A stretch of 64,000 bases of DNA, taken from the NCBI GenBank assembly GCA_000320545.1, contig ADNK01001417.1, positions 2,535 to 66,534 of the forward strand, read 5' to 3'. This document shows positions 46,548 to 61,478 of the stretch, piece after piece. Position 1 is the first letter of the stretch. Every line of letters starts with the position of its first letter. The notes below the pieces were generated by a model. That model did no database searches. It had not been told where the DNA came from and saw nothing but the letters and a program-made list of their open reading frames with translations. Made by a program: the position numbers and the translations under genes. Origin of the DNA: Bigelowiella natans CCMP2755 (Eukaryota; Protista; Cercozoa).

Positions 46548-47604
46548 ATGGGAGCCCGTATGACAATGGAGGACCAAATCATTGAGCTGAGAATGGCATC
46601 GAAGCAGATGAAGCGTCAATCTCAAAAGTGCTCCAAGCAAGAAAAGGCAGAACAAATGAAAGTCAAAAAGGTATCTCATTTCGGCAGCTTCTCCTTTCCT
46701 TCGTTGCTACAAACAAATATTTTCAGGCAATTGAGCAAGGGGATAAAGAGCGCGCAAAAATACATGCAGGTATTGTTATTATAGAACACATAGATCCCAG
46801 CGCTATCTCTAAAATTTAGTTCGAAATTGAGAAATAGTTTTTGTAATGTTGAGACTCTGTCAAATTCTACTAAACTTAGAAAATTCGATACGGAATAAAA
46901 ACAACTCGATAAATTTCTTACGGTTGGCCTCTCGGATGGAATCAATCGTGCAGAGGCTCCAGACAGCTCAGAGCATCAAAAATGTAAGCACGATTCGTGC
47001 ATGGAACTGAACTAAATATTTAATTCTTGATCAGATGAGTAAATCAATGATGACTACTACAAAGATCATGCAAACAGCGCTGTCGAGCATGAATGTTGAG
47101 AAGGTCAGCCAAAAACGACAATGATTTTATCATTACTTAGATTCCTATATATGTATGGTCTAGATTAGTGCAACTATGGACACTTTTGAGAAACAGTTCG
47201 AGGAGCTTGACATTCAGAGCGCGGTGATGGAGGATTCGGTCAAACAAGCGAATGCAAATACGATTAAAGGTGGGATGGAAATTCGATTAAGTCTTCAGTA
47301 GTTAACACCTTTGATTTGGATATTCAGAAGACCAAGTGGATAACTTAATGAGACAGGTAATAGGTGTAAGAATTTAATAACGGATAGCAATTAACATACT
47401 TTTGCAGGTTGCTGACGAGCATAATCTCAAGATGGAGGATGATATGCTGGATGCTCCAAAGAACAAGTTGCAGGTGCGTCTAAAAATTATATTCCTTTCA
47501 TGAGTTTTTGAAAAAAAATGAATTACTGAATTCAGGAAAAAGATGAGAAGAAGGTAGAAGAGAAAAGTCTTGAGGATCGATTGAACGCGCTCCAGGATCT
47601 CTAG
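46548..47604 (+). CDS. CHMP1: ESCRT-III-associated CHMP1/Did2/Vps46, 8 short exons
   Basis: LRMASKQMKRQSQKCSKQEK...AKIHAENSIR..FLRLASR...MDTFEKQFEELD...VADEHNL...LEDRLNAL (MIM1 motif). Confidence 0.93.
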
Positions 47605-47769
47605 CAAGGCAATTTTGAAAAGTTCGTGGTAACAGTTTGTCATTTCCCGAACCCGAAGTGGTTACTCTGAATAGTGCTGGAGTGGTTTTGATGTACCTAC
47701 AAAAGCTCATATGTTTTAAAGCCCGACTGAGATGCTGCATGCCTAGATATAACAGTTTGCCACGATACA

Positions 47770-47837
47770 TATATGTGGACTAATGAAAAGATATAATTAT
47801 TTCATTACACCCGTCTCACAATAGACATACGTATACG

Positions 47838-47922
<85 letters not shown>

Positions 47923-48640
47923 CGTACTGTGTCTATAGATCATTATGTAGCATGCTGCGATGATGCGATTGCACAGCGCATAGCCAAAGCAACAGCTTAG
48001 ACAGCACCATCTTCATTTGTCCACTCTAGCACCTCCGATGCATGCTTGATCGACCGAGCTAGCGAGCTTCCAGCAAGTCTAATAAGAACAATGAGTAATG
48101 AGTACGACACCAGATGCAACATACACGGTCCCTCGCTGCATCTTAGCTAGCTTAGTGCATCTATATAGAGCACACTATCTATAGCTATATATAACACGTG
48201 AGCTTAGCCTAGTTAGCTAGCTAGGCCTGCTATCTAGCTAGCTAGCTAGGAGTCTAGTAGCCTGGCTAGCTAGAGAGCCTACTAGCAGAATAAGTGTATG
48301 CATGTGCTAGCGCGTGCTAGCCAGCATGTCTTGGCATCAGATACGATCTAGCGATGCATATGCATGACGTACAAAGCTAGAAAGCGCTATCTAGGCTATC
48401 TAGCTAGCCTAGTAGCTATAAATGTGTGATGCATGTGCATGCCTAGGTGCAACGAAGGCAATCCCACTAGCTAGTATGTAGCTGCTGCTATGCTAGCTAT
48501 GGCGTACGATGACATACGAGATTTTGAGCTACTGACTGTCGCTTGCGTATGGCACATGCTAGCATGCGCAGAACTGTAGAATCGTGACAACTGTGTCTAT
48601 CCTGGAAACGATCAACGATATATGCATGTATTCTGATCAC
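47770..48640. other. Convergent-junction island G, including an (AT)n tract
   Basis: Between CHMP1 (+) and NCAPH2 (-); dense ctagctag and gcatgc; (TA)n at about 47841-47918. Confidence 0.85.
47778..47818 (-). repeat. Copy of the island-associated element, reverse orientation
   Basis: Reverse complement is 36/41 identical to 60525-60565. Confidence 0.85.
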
Positions 48641-48744
48641 AAGTTTTAAATATAACAATATAACGCAGTGATGACCGTTTATGATTCAAGATTTGATTAG
48701 AAGCATGTAACTGTTCACATGATAGCAGTTTGTGAGGTCTCACA

Positions 48745-50969
48745 TTATGATAAAGAATTTATAGACCGGCGTGCTCTCAGGCCTCGCCTGCTTTTACGGA
48801 TGGGCTGATTCCCTTTGGTTGAAAACAGAATAGTTTGTTTTTTTCCAAATTTCTTTTTCTCAATTGTATTCTTCCCAGGCCTGTTCTCCTCGTCCAAAGA
48901 TTTAGTCTTTGATATTCGGGTGCGTTTCTTCCGAGGTTCTTCTTCCTTTGTGCGTTTAATGTCGCCGTCTTCCACCTCTTTGTCCACCAGATTTACCGAA
49001 TTTTCCTTCCCAGATACTTTGTCGGATCTTAAGGTTTTGATCTCATCGCGAGCTTCCATAGATATGTTTTCAGAATCCATTGTTTTGCTCGCATCGTTTG
49101 CCTCTGGTTGTTCCACTAGCACAGCAACCGCTATTGATGTGAACCCCTTCTCTTCAGAAGGATAAATATCGACACGTCTATGATTCGCTAGTTGTAGTGT
49201 AGCTAAGAAATTTCGAGAAACCTCGTATTGGTTGAGACCGCTTACAACCGTGCTGAATGGAACCGTACCATTTTCATTCTCTTCCACCTTTTCTTGCACC
49301 CTTTGCACGATTTGATCTCCATACCGATGAATGTCAAACTCTGGGCGAGAATCCATCTCTTGGAGGTGAGGTTCAATCTTTGACTGCCATGCTGCGACGC
49401 GCTGAGAAAGTTTGGAGTGAGACATGTATCGCTGAGCTGCTTGCACATAAGCCTCAACATGCTTTCGACATAAGTCTTCAAATGTCGAAGAAGAGTCGTG
49501 ATTTAGTTCCTGAGGTGAAGCAAATACTCCCTCTGCATTCGAAATTTGGTTTTCATGGTCCGCAAGTAAAGCGTCGCCCTCACTCGGAAGTGGATCCTCT
49601 CTGATATCAGCTATGTCGGCAACATCGAATTCTTCATCTGACAAGGGGTCAAAGCCGCCTTCTTCGTCATGAGCTGCAAAATCCTGCACAACTTCAACCT
49701 GTTTTTGCTTTACAGCCATTTTTCTCTCTTTCAAATTCGACCTCCTCTTTCGTTCCGCGTGGCGAATCTTGAGCTTTTGATACAATAATCCCGAAAAGTG
49801 TGAAAACGAAAGATCGGGAATGCTAGTTAAAGCTGCTTCTTGATTTTCCACTTGCAGCTTTATCAACTTATGTTCTCTCGATACGAGCTCGATATTTCTG
49901 CGCGTTGCCTTAATGATACGGTAGCATTTGCCTTTTTTGAACTTCTTTGGATCAATGTTCTCTTCCAATTCGTAAGGGTCCATCAGTGCAAAAGTATCAT
50001 TCTCACCTTCTTCATTTTTTTCGTCGTATTCTGCATTCTTGGCCTCTTGTTTTTCGTCAGACTGTTCATAGTCATCTCTGTCTCCATCGTAACAATCACC
50101 GTCGTCACCGAAGCTCTCGTCCATTTGATTTTGCTCATGGGTTGGGAATGCAAGCTCTTTTGCAACAGCATCTGTATTCTCTTGGTTGACACCCTGACTA
50201 GTTTTTGCTTCATGGGCCTGAGATTTTAGTAGAGTCGCAGGGCTTCCAAATGGCAGGTGACTAGCTTGCATAGAGTCCCTACGGAAAGATAAGTCCACCA
50301 AGCGGCTATCTCTTTCCTCATACAAAAGAGCTCCGGACGCATGAACAGCACATTCACTAACTTTGTAGTCGACGCCTCCTTTGTTGCTTTTTCGGAGCGA
50401 CTTAGTGTTTAAAGCGGAGAGGGGAGTGCGCGTTATTAGAGTCTCTTGTCTCATCTTCTTGTAATCTTCATTGATTTCCTTAAGATCAATGTTCTTCGCC
50501 TCGCGCATATGGTCATCAAGAGTCAGGAATTCAGCTTCTGCCTGGATGAAAGCATCGCTGTCGACACCGTCCTTGTTAATGGACGACTTCTTCTTCCGGT
50601 AATCGGTCTTCTTCGAAATAATATCGAGGCACTGATAGATGAGACTGTACAGAAACTCAACCTTCTTACTGTAGACACCAGCAGAGCCTAGATTAGGTTT
50701 TAATTATGAGTCCCGACTTAGTCAACAATTTGTTTTCGAACAAGAAATTCAAAATGTGTAGCATGACCTTGGATGAGCAGTGCAGCTTCTGCGAAGTTTA
50801 AATCTTTGCCTCCATCAAATGAGGTATGTATCTCTTCTAGGGTCAACATATACTCCTCCAACTCTGATGCTACATTTATATTCCAATTTGTTGCTAAATC
50901 CTTTATAGGTTTCAGCAAGTGAGCGAATCTGTGATCGGACATCTCTTTACTGTCTCCACCCAGAGGCAT
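48745..50969 (-). CDS. NCAPH2: Condensin II kleisin subunit H2, 2 exons
   Basis: [27 protein letters not shown]...[12 protein letters not shown]|[15 protein letters not shown]; C-terminal [10 protein letters not shown]...[13 protein letters not shown]. Confidence 0.93.
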
Positions 50970-51887
50970 GTTGGCGGTTCTTGAATTCACTGGTGCAATA
51001 GACAGCATTGCTTGAGTAAAGATTGTCAAATTCTAAATACTCTAAAAACCTATAACCTATAGTTCCTAAATATACGTATATGAACAAAAATTTACATATA
51101 TGTGTTTGTGTGCAGTGCGCGGGTGTACGTGTGCGTTAATTATATTTTTAGAAATGTATATCCCTTACAGAGCACCCTGCTCCACCTACCTTAGCCAACT
51201 CTAACAATTGATATGGCGCGCTGGGGTTATGCCTGCAAACGGTCAGAAAATATATCGATTATTTTCAGAATGAGATCAGTCAGATAACTATTTCAAGAGG
51301 CGATATTCAACTACAATTGCTCAAACAAAATATGTCGCATCGAAAGATATACATGAAATATATTTAAATGTTCCTTCTCGGTGTGATTTTGATTTCCTGA
51401 ATTCATGTCCGATAATTTATCAAGCTATTTCTTCACTACGTCATATAAAAACAAGGTTTTTTAATATTTTAAGCCTTGTTGGCTAAATCTTGCACATTTA
51501 CGTTGTCGCATTAGTAAAAAACAATGTAAATTCGACTATCATAAGCCGACTTCTCAGTTGACGCTGAATATAAGGGCGCTCTTCCCTACTTTTAGGGGTT
51601 TTGGCTGAATTTACGTGAAAATCAGCCAATTGCCCATTGGCAAAGGCAGCGGCCACTTAATCCATTATTTATTGCGTGGGGTTCATTGGTACGTAGCGCT
51701 GGATCTGAAGGGAGGGAAGCGAGTATCAGAGAGACAGCCGAGTGAAAAGACTTATGTGACGCAACAAACTCTTTATCCCCCTTGCCCCCCCCAGCATTTT
51801 TTCCGAAAAAAAGTGTGCATTTACGCAAATTCTCGCAGCTTACCTATACTTGTCACATCGTTCATATTTGCCAGAAAGCTGAACAAA
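50970..51887. promoter_or_regulatory. Putative bidirectional promoter NCAPH2 / ALDH
   Basis: Divergent ATGs; TGTCGCA at 51333 and 51504. Confidence 0.55.
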
Positions 51888-53207
51888 ATGTCTGATTCCG
51901 AGCTAAATGAGAGCGTGCAAATGATCCATAAGTTCCTAAAGAAGAAGGGATACTCAAGCACTGCGAAAGCTTTACGCAAGGATTACAGGAAAACGTTCAG
52001 CGAAGATGAGGACGATTTCCCTCAATCATCCTCGTACAAGAGGACCAATGGTACTCGCAGGCGAAAGAGAAAAGGAAGTTTTGATTCGTCGTTCCGAAAG
52101 AAAGGTCGATATGACTACGATGACGATGACGAGGAAGAGGACGAGAAGTCTTCTCATTTGCCAATTCAGGTATACTGCAGGGTGCTTCTTGTGTTTCTTT
52201 GACTGCTTGTCTTAGTTCGTTTTACTATAACATGTGCAAAATTATTAGACCAAGTTGTTCATCAACGGAAAATTCGTCGAGTCCATCTCTGGCCGCACTT
52301 TCGAGTACCTATTTTGAGTCATGTTACGTAGAATAATAATGGATGCTGAAAGATAATTGTATCAAATCCAGGACTGTCAATCCTGCGAACGGAAAAGTTA
52401 TCTGTGACGTAGATTGGGCGCAAAAGGAAGATGTCGATGCAGCGGTGCTGAAAATGACAATGAATCGCACACACAAATAAGCAGCTGAAACACCCAATCA
52501 AACTCAAACACATTGACACATTGAGAATGAATATCTCGAGAGAGTCATAGGAAGTGAAGAAAAAGTATTGTAAAATAGCTCAGCCATGGTACCACTTGTA
52601 TTCCTGTCTCTTAGGTTCGCGCCGCTAAGAAAGCCTTCCCTAAGTGGAGTACTACGTCGGGGCCATACAGACGTGACCTCATCCTCAAGCTCGCAGATCT
52701 CATGGAAAAACACAAGGTAATAATGGGTTCTGTCTTCGTGCGATATATGATAGGTCACAGTAATTCATACCCCACCCCTCAACTAGTCCTATATTTTCAT
52801 AAAATTTACCTTCGCGGAGACAAGCAGCAGCCTCATTCATCTAGTGGCCAACTTTTTACCGATAGGAACGCCTTGCGGAGGTCGAGGCTCTTGATAATGG
52901 CAAGCCATACCAGGTAGTAGGGAGTAAGTCATAATTTCGATGCACGATTACGTAGACTCTCCTGCATATGGTGGTGGTGCCTGCTGAAGCTGACTGTGAT
53001 TAAATCTCCCATGTCGCTGCTCCATTGGCCATCAATCATTGATGCTGGCGATGATGACATCAGAATCAATATTTGAAATACACCTCCTAAACAATGAAAG
53101 GTTGCTTTGAACTTGGACCTGGTATTGGCGATTAAGTGCTACCGCTACTATGCTGGATGGGCTGACAAACTTATGGGTGAAACGATGCCTATTGAGGTAG
53201 TAGCACC

Positions 53208-53241
<34 letters not shown>

Positions 53242-54211
53242 ATAATGGTAGTAGAAGTAGTAGCTCCCTAGCTAAGTTTGGTGGTGGTAGTGCTGCTTGC
53301 TATGATGGCAAACTCTAATAAGCTCATTTTGTCGACAACAATTTAATGGTACTACTCACCGTTGATGTCCCACCACTAAAAACAACATATATCCACTACT
53401 ACTTCTCATGACAGGGCAAGTACCTCTGCTACACCCGCCGGGAGGCAATGGGGTCAGTCAGTCAGTCAGTCAGACAGTCAGTCAGTCAGTTCCTCAGCAC
53501 CAAAACACAGTTTTTGGAGCAAATAACTCCGATGGTGCATGCCTGTAGAAGCGTATTCAAATGCGGGATTGACCTCCTCCTCTTCCTCCTCCGCTTGCTA
53601 CTTAAAATTATGCTAGAGTGGTTGGCCAGATCACCCCGTGGAACTTTCCCCTCCTTATGCAGGTCGATTCTGACCTATCACTATTGCATTTGTTATTGGT
53701 GGTGGTAGCGAGGGTGTAGAAATTGCTCTTCCGATTGTATCCCTTGTGTTCTTTTTCCTTCTTGTCTTTTCGTAGTAATCGTTCTTGCTATAGCCGGAAT
53801 CGATACAACTTATTGTGCCATGCGTTAAACATCTGCTACTACATAGAATCATGACAACAAGATTTCAACACGAAGTTAAAAAAATATATGCCTTATCATC
53901 GTCATCATTAGTATCATCATATCCTCACAAGTCTATATCAGTATAAATGGGCGCAATTCGTGGAAATTATAGCAATAAATATAATTTATCTTAGGCTTGG
54001 AAGCTCGCTCCTGCTCTGGCTGTTGGATGCTGCATTGTGCACAAACCGTCCGAAAAGACGCCACTAACGGCTCTTATGATTGCCGACCTCTCGCGAAGGG
54101 CAGGGTGTGATTCACATTAGGAAGAGACTATCTCATGTGCCACTGTTGTTGCTTCTTCTCACGTCCTCCCTCTACTGCATTTTTCTTCTACTTCTTCTTC
54201 TTCTTCTTCTT

Positions 54212-54242
<31 letters not shown>

Positions 54243-55920
54243 GCTGCTGCTACAGCTTTCCTCCTGGAGTGCTGAATATCGTAAGCGGTGAGGGGCCTGT
54301 CACCGGAGAGGCAATTACCCGTCATCCAAAGATTGAAAAGGTTGTTGTACCACAGGTGGTGGTGGTGGAGGAGAAGGATATGTGATAGTGGTGTATATGA
54401 TGGTGCCGATAGTGACAGATGGTTGACCTTGTTTTCTTGTTCACTGTCCTTTCGTGTCCCTTCATTAGTATCTAATCGCTTGTGTGTCGTACGCATGTGT
54501 GCACATATAGGTGGCTTTTACAGGATCTACTGGAGTCGGTCGTCGTATCATGAAAGCAGCTGCTGAATCTAATCTGAAGGTTGCTGCATCATCATCTCAC
54601 ACACTCTCATCACTGTTACATAATATATCTCCAAATTCGTTCATTCGTGTGGATGAGATACTTGCTGATTAAACAGGAGATTGCGTACTATAATTCTCAT
54701 TTATTTTCATCTCATTTCATCAGCGTGTGACCTTGGAGCTGGGGGGTAAATCACCCATGATCGTTTGTAATGATGCTGACATTGACCAGGTAGTATTTCC
54801 GATTTGCCCATCGATTATAGAACAAATCCAAGAACATAGGCTGCTGTTGCTGCTGCTTTCCCACGATAAATAGTTGTTGATATCATTGGGCTCGTTTGCT
54901 TTTTTAAAATCTTCAGGCTGTCGCAGCGGGACAGCTAGGGTTATTCATCAACTCGGGCCAGTGTTGCATTGCCTCTTCTCGCATATTTGTACAAGACGAT
55001 GTCTACGACGAATATGTTAGAAAGGTAGTAGTGAGTGACAACAGTCTCATGCTTACTGCTGTTAGATAATGATTGTTTGTGTCGTGTGGTATTGCTGCTG
55101 GAGTCGAGACATGAATCATGGCGATGTGTTTGCCTTCAATATGCACCAGGCAGTAAAATTCGCCAAGAAGCGCAAACTTGTGGATCCCATGGAAGATGGC
55201 CACAAGGACATCCTTGCCATTCAAGGACCGCAGGTTTGGTTTATTCAGGGAGGGAGGCATGACGACAAGTGAGAGAGAGAGAGAGAGAAAAAGAGAGATA
55301 GCGAGGCTTCTCCTCTATCAGATGATCTATCTCTCGATGTTGATCGAGTGATGACGATGACAACGATGACGATGACGACGATGATGATGATGCCGGTGAT
55401 GATGATGCAGATGATAATATCGATTATTCAGGTCGATAAGCTCCAGTATGACAGTGTTATGAAGTACATCCAAGCTGGGTCAGTAATATAGCATTTTCGA
55501 GGAGGAGGAGGAGGAGGAGAGAGATCAGGACACATAACTATATCTTTACAATTGCTTTTGTTGTTGGCGTCTCATCGAACAATACTAGCAATAAAGACGA
55601 TGCTTGTAAACAACTAGGAAGCGTGAAGGAGCTCGTCTGTGTTGCGGGGGAGCAAAGGCGAATCGTGAAGGGTATTACATCCAGCCAACCATCTTTGCAG
55701 ATGTGGAAGATGATATGAAGGTCAGTGAAGGAGAGATATGGTTAACAAGTTAAAGAACAACGATGGTGCTGCTGCTGCTGCGCTGCTGCTGGTGGTGGTA
55801 GGAACATTTCTAGTAGTAGTAGCAGCATAGAGGGAGGAAGGGGGGTGAAAGAAAAAGCAAATGAAGAGACCCATCGCCACCCTGCAAAGTTCCACCACTA
55901 TTGCATCCCCCCCCCCCCCC

Positions 55921-55966
<46 letters not shown>

Positions 55967-56177
55967 TCCCGCCCACACCTTTCTCCTCCTCCCTGTCCTC
56001 TTCCTCAGATTGCCAGAGAGGAGATCTTTGGCCCTGTGATGGTAATTCTTCGATTCTCCACACTGGAGGAAGCTATCAAACGCGCGAACAAGTCCGAGTT
56101 TGGTCTTGGAGCAGGTACCTTCACCACAGTAGTAGGACGGCCATATATTTGTACAAACTATGTTAATATATCGGTTT

Positions 56178-56223
<46 letters not shown>

Positions 56224-56767
56224 TAATACATTAAGTAGTATCCACAGAGTCGAACATACGAATATATTTGCTGCTCGCTCATCATAATCATAATCATCAT
56301 ATCTTCTATAGGAATTATGACTCGTGATCCTGCCAAAGCGCTCGCCACTGCACATCGGTTGCGAGCAGGAACTGTGTACGTGAACTGTTACAACGTCTTC
56401 GATGCCAGGTTGGCTTTACCTAAATACATAAATGTTCTTTGCCTGAGCTATGCTGCCCAGGGTGTATTTTAGATGATCTTTTAGCTGCTGCAATGATACG
56501 ATATGACCTTGATATATGAATTCTCAGCGCTCCGTTTGGAGGCTTCAAGCAGAGTGGCCAAGGACGGGAACTTGGACCCTACGGCCTCGAAAATTATTCA
56601 GAGGTTTGTGTTCAATAGCAGCATTTCGATCTTCGAGTATTAGATTTTAGCATGGGAAAGGATGATGATGTTGGAGATATTCTGCGTTCAGATATGGTAA
56701 AATTAATTTTATTGATCATTAGGTGAAAACGGTTATTGTGGAGCTTGGCTCTGCGAAGTTCGACTGA
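51888..56767 (+). CDS. Aldehyde dehydrogenase (ALDH1/2 family) with N-terminal LisH-like and basic/acidic extension, about 21 exons
   Basis: [68 protein letters not shown]; exon 1 [32 protein letters not shown]. Confidence 0.93.
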
Positions 56768-56879
56768 TGTCCAGATGTAACTGGTATCGTATAGCATGTT
56801 CTGGAGACGAACCTGGTACCTGCTGTATTCGTCAGCAGGCTTACATGCTGATAACGTGCAGCTATCATTTTGTACTTTA

Positions 56880-57500
56880 TTTTGGATACGCATGCATGCT
56901 CTGACTGATCATCATCATTATTATACACGAGGTTAATAAAAACATGCCTGACGCGCATTGCCATCAGGCTATTTCAGCAGCATGCGCGTTATCTTCCCTA
57001 ATTCCCCTTGAAAGTTTCATGGTTTTGTCGTCTAGCTCTCTCCATGATGGCGCTCAGTTGATTGCCGAGTCTTGTTTGTTGGTAAGCGCGAACTTCCTAA
57101 TGACAAACTAGCAAATATTCAGCGGTGAGCTGCGCCGGGCAGCTCTTTGCCTCTGCAAATGATCCATGCTAGAATGTCGTCCATGCTAGCATGAATTGAT
57201 GATGCCGCATGACGCGACTGCGCATCAGCAAGTGCAGCTATTTGCATGTACGTAGCGCCATGTTCGCGCGGTGCGTTTCTTGGCCATGCAGTTTCTTGGT
57301 GTTGTCATGCATCGCTGTGTGCGACGTTGTCGTATAGTCGATCACTAGAGCATATACAGCGATCGCGAGCGAATCAAACTTGTCTAGTTGCTGCACTTCA
57401 GCAGACAAGATGCTGGAGCTTTTATTCTCACAGAGCTGCATAAAATAAGGGTAGGAATACTAATGCATGCGCTGCGTACACGTACTGCACCACATGCGCA
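56880..57500. other. Convergent-junction island H
   Basis: Between ALDH (+) and GAPDH (-); gcatgcatgc, catgctagcatg, gcgcg. Confidence 0.7.
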
Positions 57501-57819
57501 TGTTGTAGTTTTTTTATATCTGCTCAATATAATCATGATATTTACATACATACATACATACATCCATATTTTAAAATTTTAAATATTAAAACATTATTAT
57601 CCCCGAAACGCAGCAGATGCTAAAGATCGCAAAGCGGATAAGCGAACGAGATGCTGCTTGTGATATAAGTTTATTTTCTCCATATATTTTTGCATTTCCC
57701 ATTCTTCTCTCTTCGTGGTAACAAATGCTACCAAATTTTCTCGTATCCCCACCAAAATAGCTCCCGCGAGATAGTTTGACTACTCATTACCGTCGTTGTT
57801 CGGATGATGACAATTCAGC

Positions 57820-59560
<1,741 letters not shown>

Positions 59561-59561
59561 A

Positions 59562-60436
59562 GGAATCTCATCGGTGCAATCAATGCCGTTGAGCATGCAA
59601 TGAAGAAACCTCGTCTTTAACTTGTGCTCACGAAAGTTGACTTGCCACCGAATTCTCAGCATGATGCAGAGTTGATACAGGGAGAGATCAAGAAAAAATG
59701 GGATTCATTGTACCAACATCTTCTTTCACAGGGGCCTCGACGTGCCCTCTGTAGTGCCAAGAGCGAGTTCGGAATAGACTCTGTGAAAGAGGAATTAGTA
59801 AACCTATTTGACGACTTGCCCATGCCAGTGCCAGTTTTCAATTCCACTTAAAAAAAAACACCATTGAACTGGTGATTGTTGGACCTAAAGGTGTTGGTAA
59901 GTCCACATTTCTACATTGCCTCCAGTCAGGTAAATCTCCTGATCACAGTTCTAGACCTGCTCTGGATGCAGATCTTGTTGTTCTACAGGTGGAACCCAAA
60001 AATAGCGGAAGGTACATCATTATTCATTTTTGTTCCATTGCATTTAGTCACTCAACTAATTCAAGGAGATCCACCTGACTGAATTTCATTCGAACACCAT
60101 TTTTCCACATTGCATTTCAGAAAATTCGTGTTGAAGGCTTGGGACACAACGGGACAAGAGGAGTTTGAGTCATTGCCTTCCTCTCTTCTCCGGAGAGCAG
60201 ACATCATCTTGATGATGTACGAAGCGGGAAAACCAGAGTTCAAGAATTGGGTCGAGAATTGGAGCACAAAGATAAAAGAGGAACACAAATCTGGCGTGCA
60301 GATTTTAATGGCTTGCATGAAGGCCGACATTCTCTCCAAAGAAGAGGCGAATAAACACAAGCATTGTTTCACGAAGAACAAACCGGGCCAAATATTATAT
60401 TTCGTCTCAAATTTAGTCCATCCGACATCCTCGTGA
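59562..60436 (+). pseudogene. Disrupted tandem GTPase-like locus: G4-G5 half followed by a divergent Rab/Rho-like domain
   Basis: KPRL*LVLTKVD...CSAK (in-frame TAA), frame change near the A9 run at 59850, then IVGPKGVGKS and WDTTGQE. Confidence 0.6.
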
Positions 60437-60479
60437 TCAAATAGAAGACGGTAGAGGTAGTGGTCACGGTCTAGTCTAT

Positions 60480-60910
60480 GTCTTGCGGGAACCAAGTTCC
60501 CTAAGCTAGCTAAGTATGAGATATTGAGACGGATGTAATGAAGTGATTAGATCTTTTCAATAGTCATCCTAATGTAGCTATGCAAAGCAGCGACTTATCG
60601 TGCATGGCGGCGGACGAGGATCTATAGCGATGTACTAGTGTGCTGGACACCCCGCGTGCGCCAAGACCTCTAGACCTATCTTGCTAGCTGCAGACGTGCA
60701 GCTCCATGTGCGTGCATGCAATGCTATATTGCTACGGCCTGCGATGCGCATGCATGCCAAGCTAGCTAGACGCACTGCTGCTAGCGCTAGAGCCATCACG
60801 CATGCTTCGATTGCAATCACCAAGACGGGTGCCACGGTGGCGAGCGTTGTGCAACCGAATGCAATGTTCGCCACGTGGTTAGGTGGGTACAGTGCACATC
60901 TGTGAAGATG
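60480..60910. other. Convergent-junction island I
   Basis: Between the GTPase locus (+) and VPS54 (-); gctagctag, gcatgcatgc. Confidence 0.8.
60525..60581 (+). repeat. Copy of the island-associated element, most complete
   Basis: tgagacggatgtaatgaagtgattagatcttttcaatagtcatcctaatgtagctat; matches the copies at 44019, 47778 and 32430. Confidence 0.85.
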
Positions 60911-61036
60911 ACAGTCATTTTTTCAATCGAAGACTTTGACATAAAACGTTTCACTCACAAATCGAAATTGTGAAACGTCGTAACAATACCACACTTAACC
61001 TCCTCATCCACATGCATGGCAAAGTCAGACACATTA

Positions 61037-61437
61037 TTACACTACAAACTGTTCAAGGTCTTGACAAACTGTCTTTCCGAGGCCAGAGAGGTTTCGAAGG
61101 TGAGAAAGAATGTATTGTATTTGCGTGCTAATTTTCCTCTTTATGACATCATTTCCTGGGTATAAATAAAGATACGTATGAAGTGTTGTTCATGATCATC
61201 TACGCCTCAAAAGGGGATATAAGTAGTGGGGAAGTACATGCAGTGACAAACCTTTTTCAAATGGGTCTTTCAGATATCGCTTACATATTGTGCTGTACAC
61301 AGCAGCGATTTGCGAAAAAATCCTATTTCTGTGATTTGATCAACATATTTACGTCAAACGCCTCTTACAAAATAGATTGATAAACACTACCAAAATAGCC
61401 CTTGTTCCGACAGTGTAAATCCATGTTCAATCATCAT

Positions 61438-61478
<41 letters not shown>

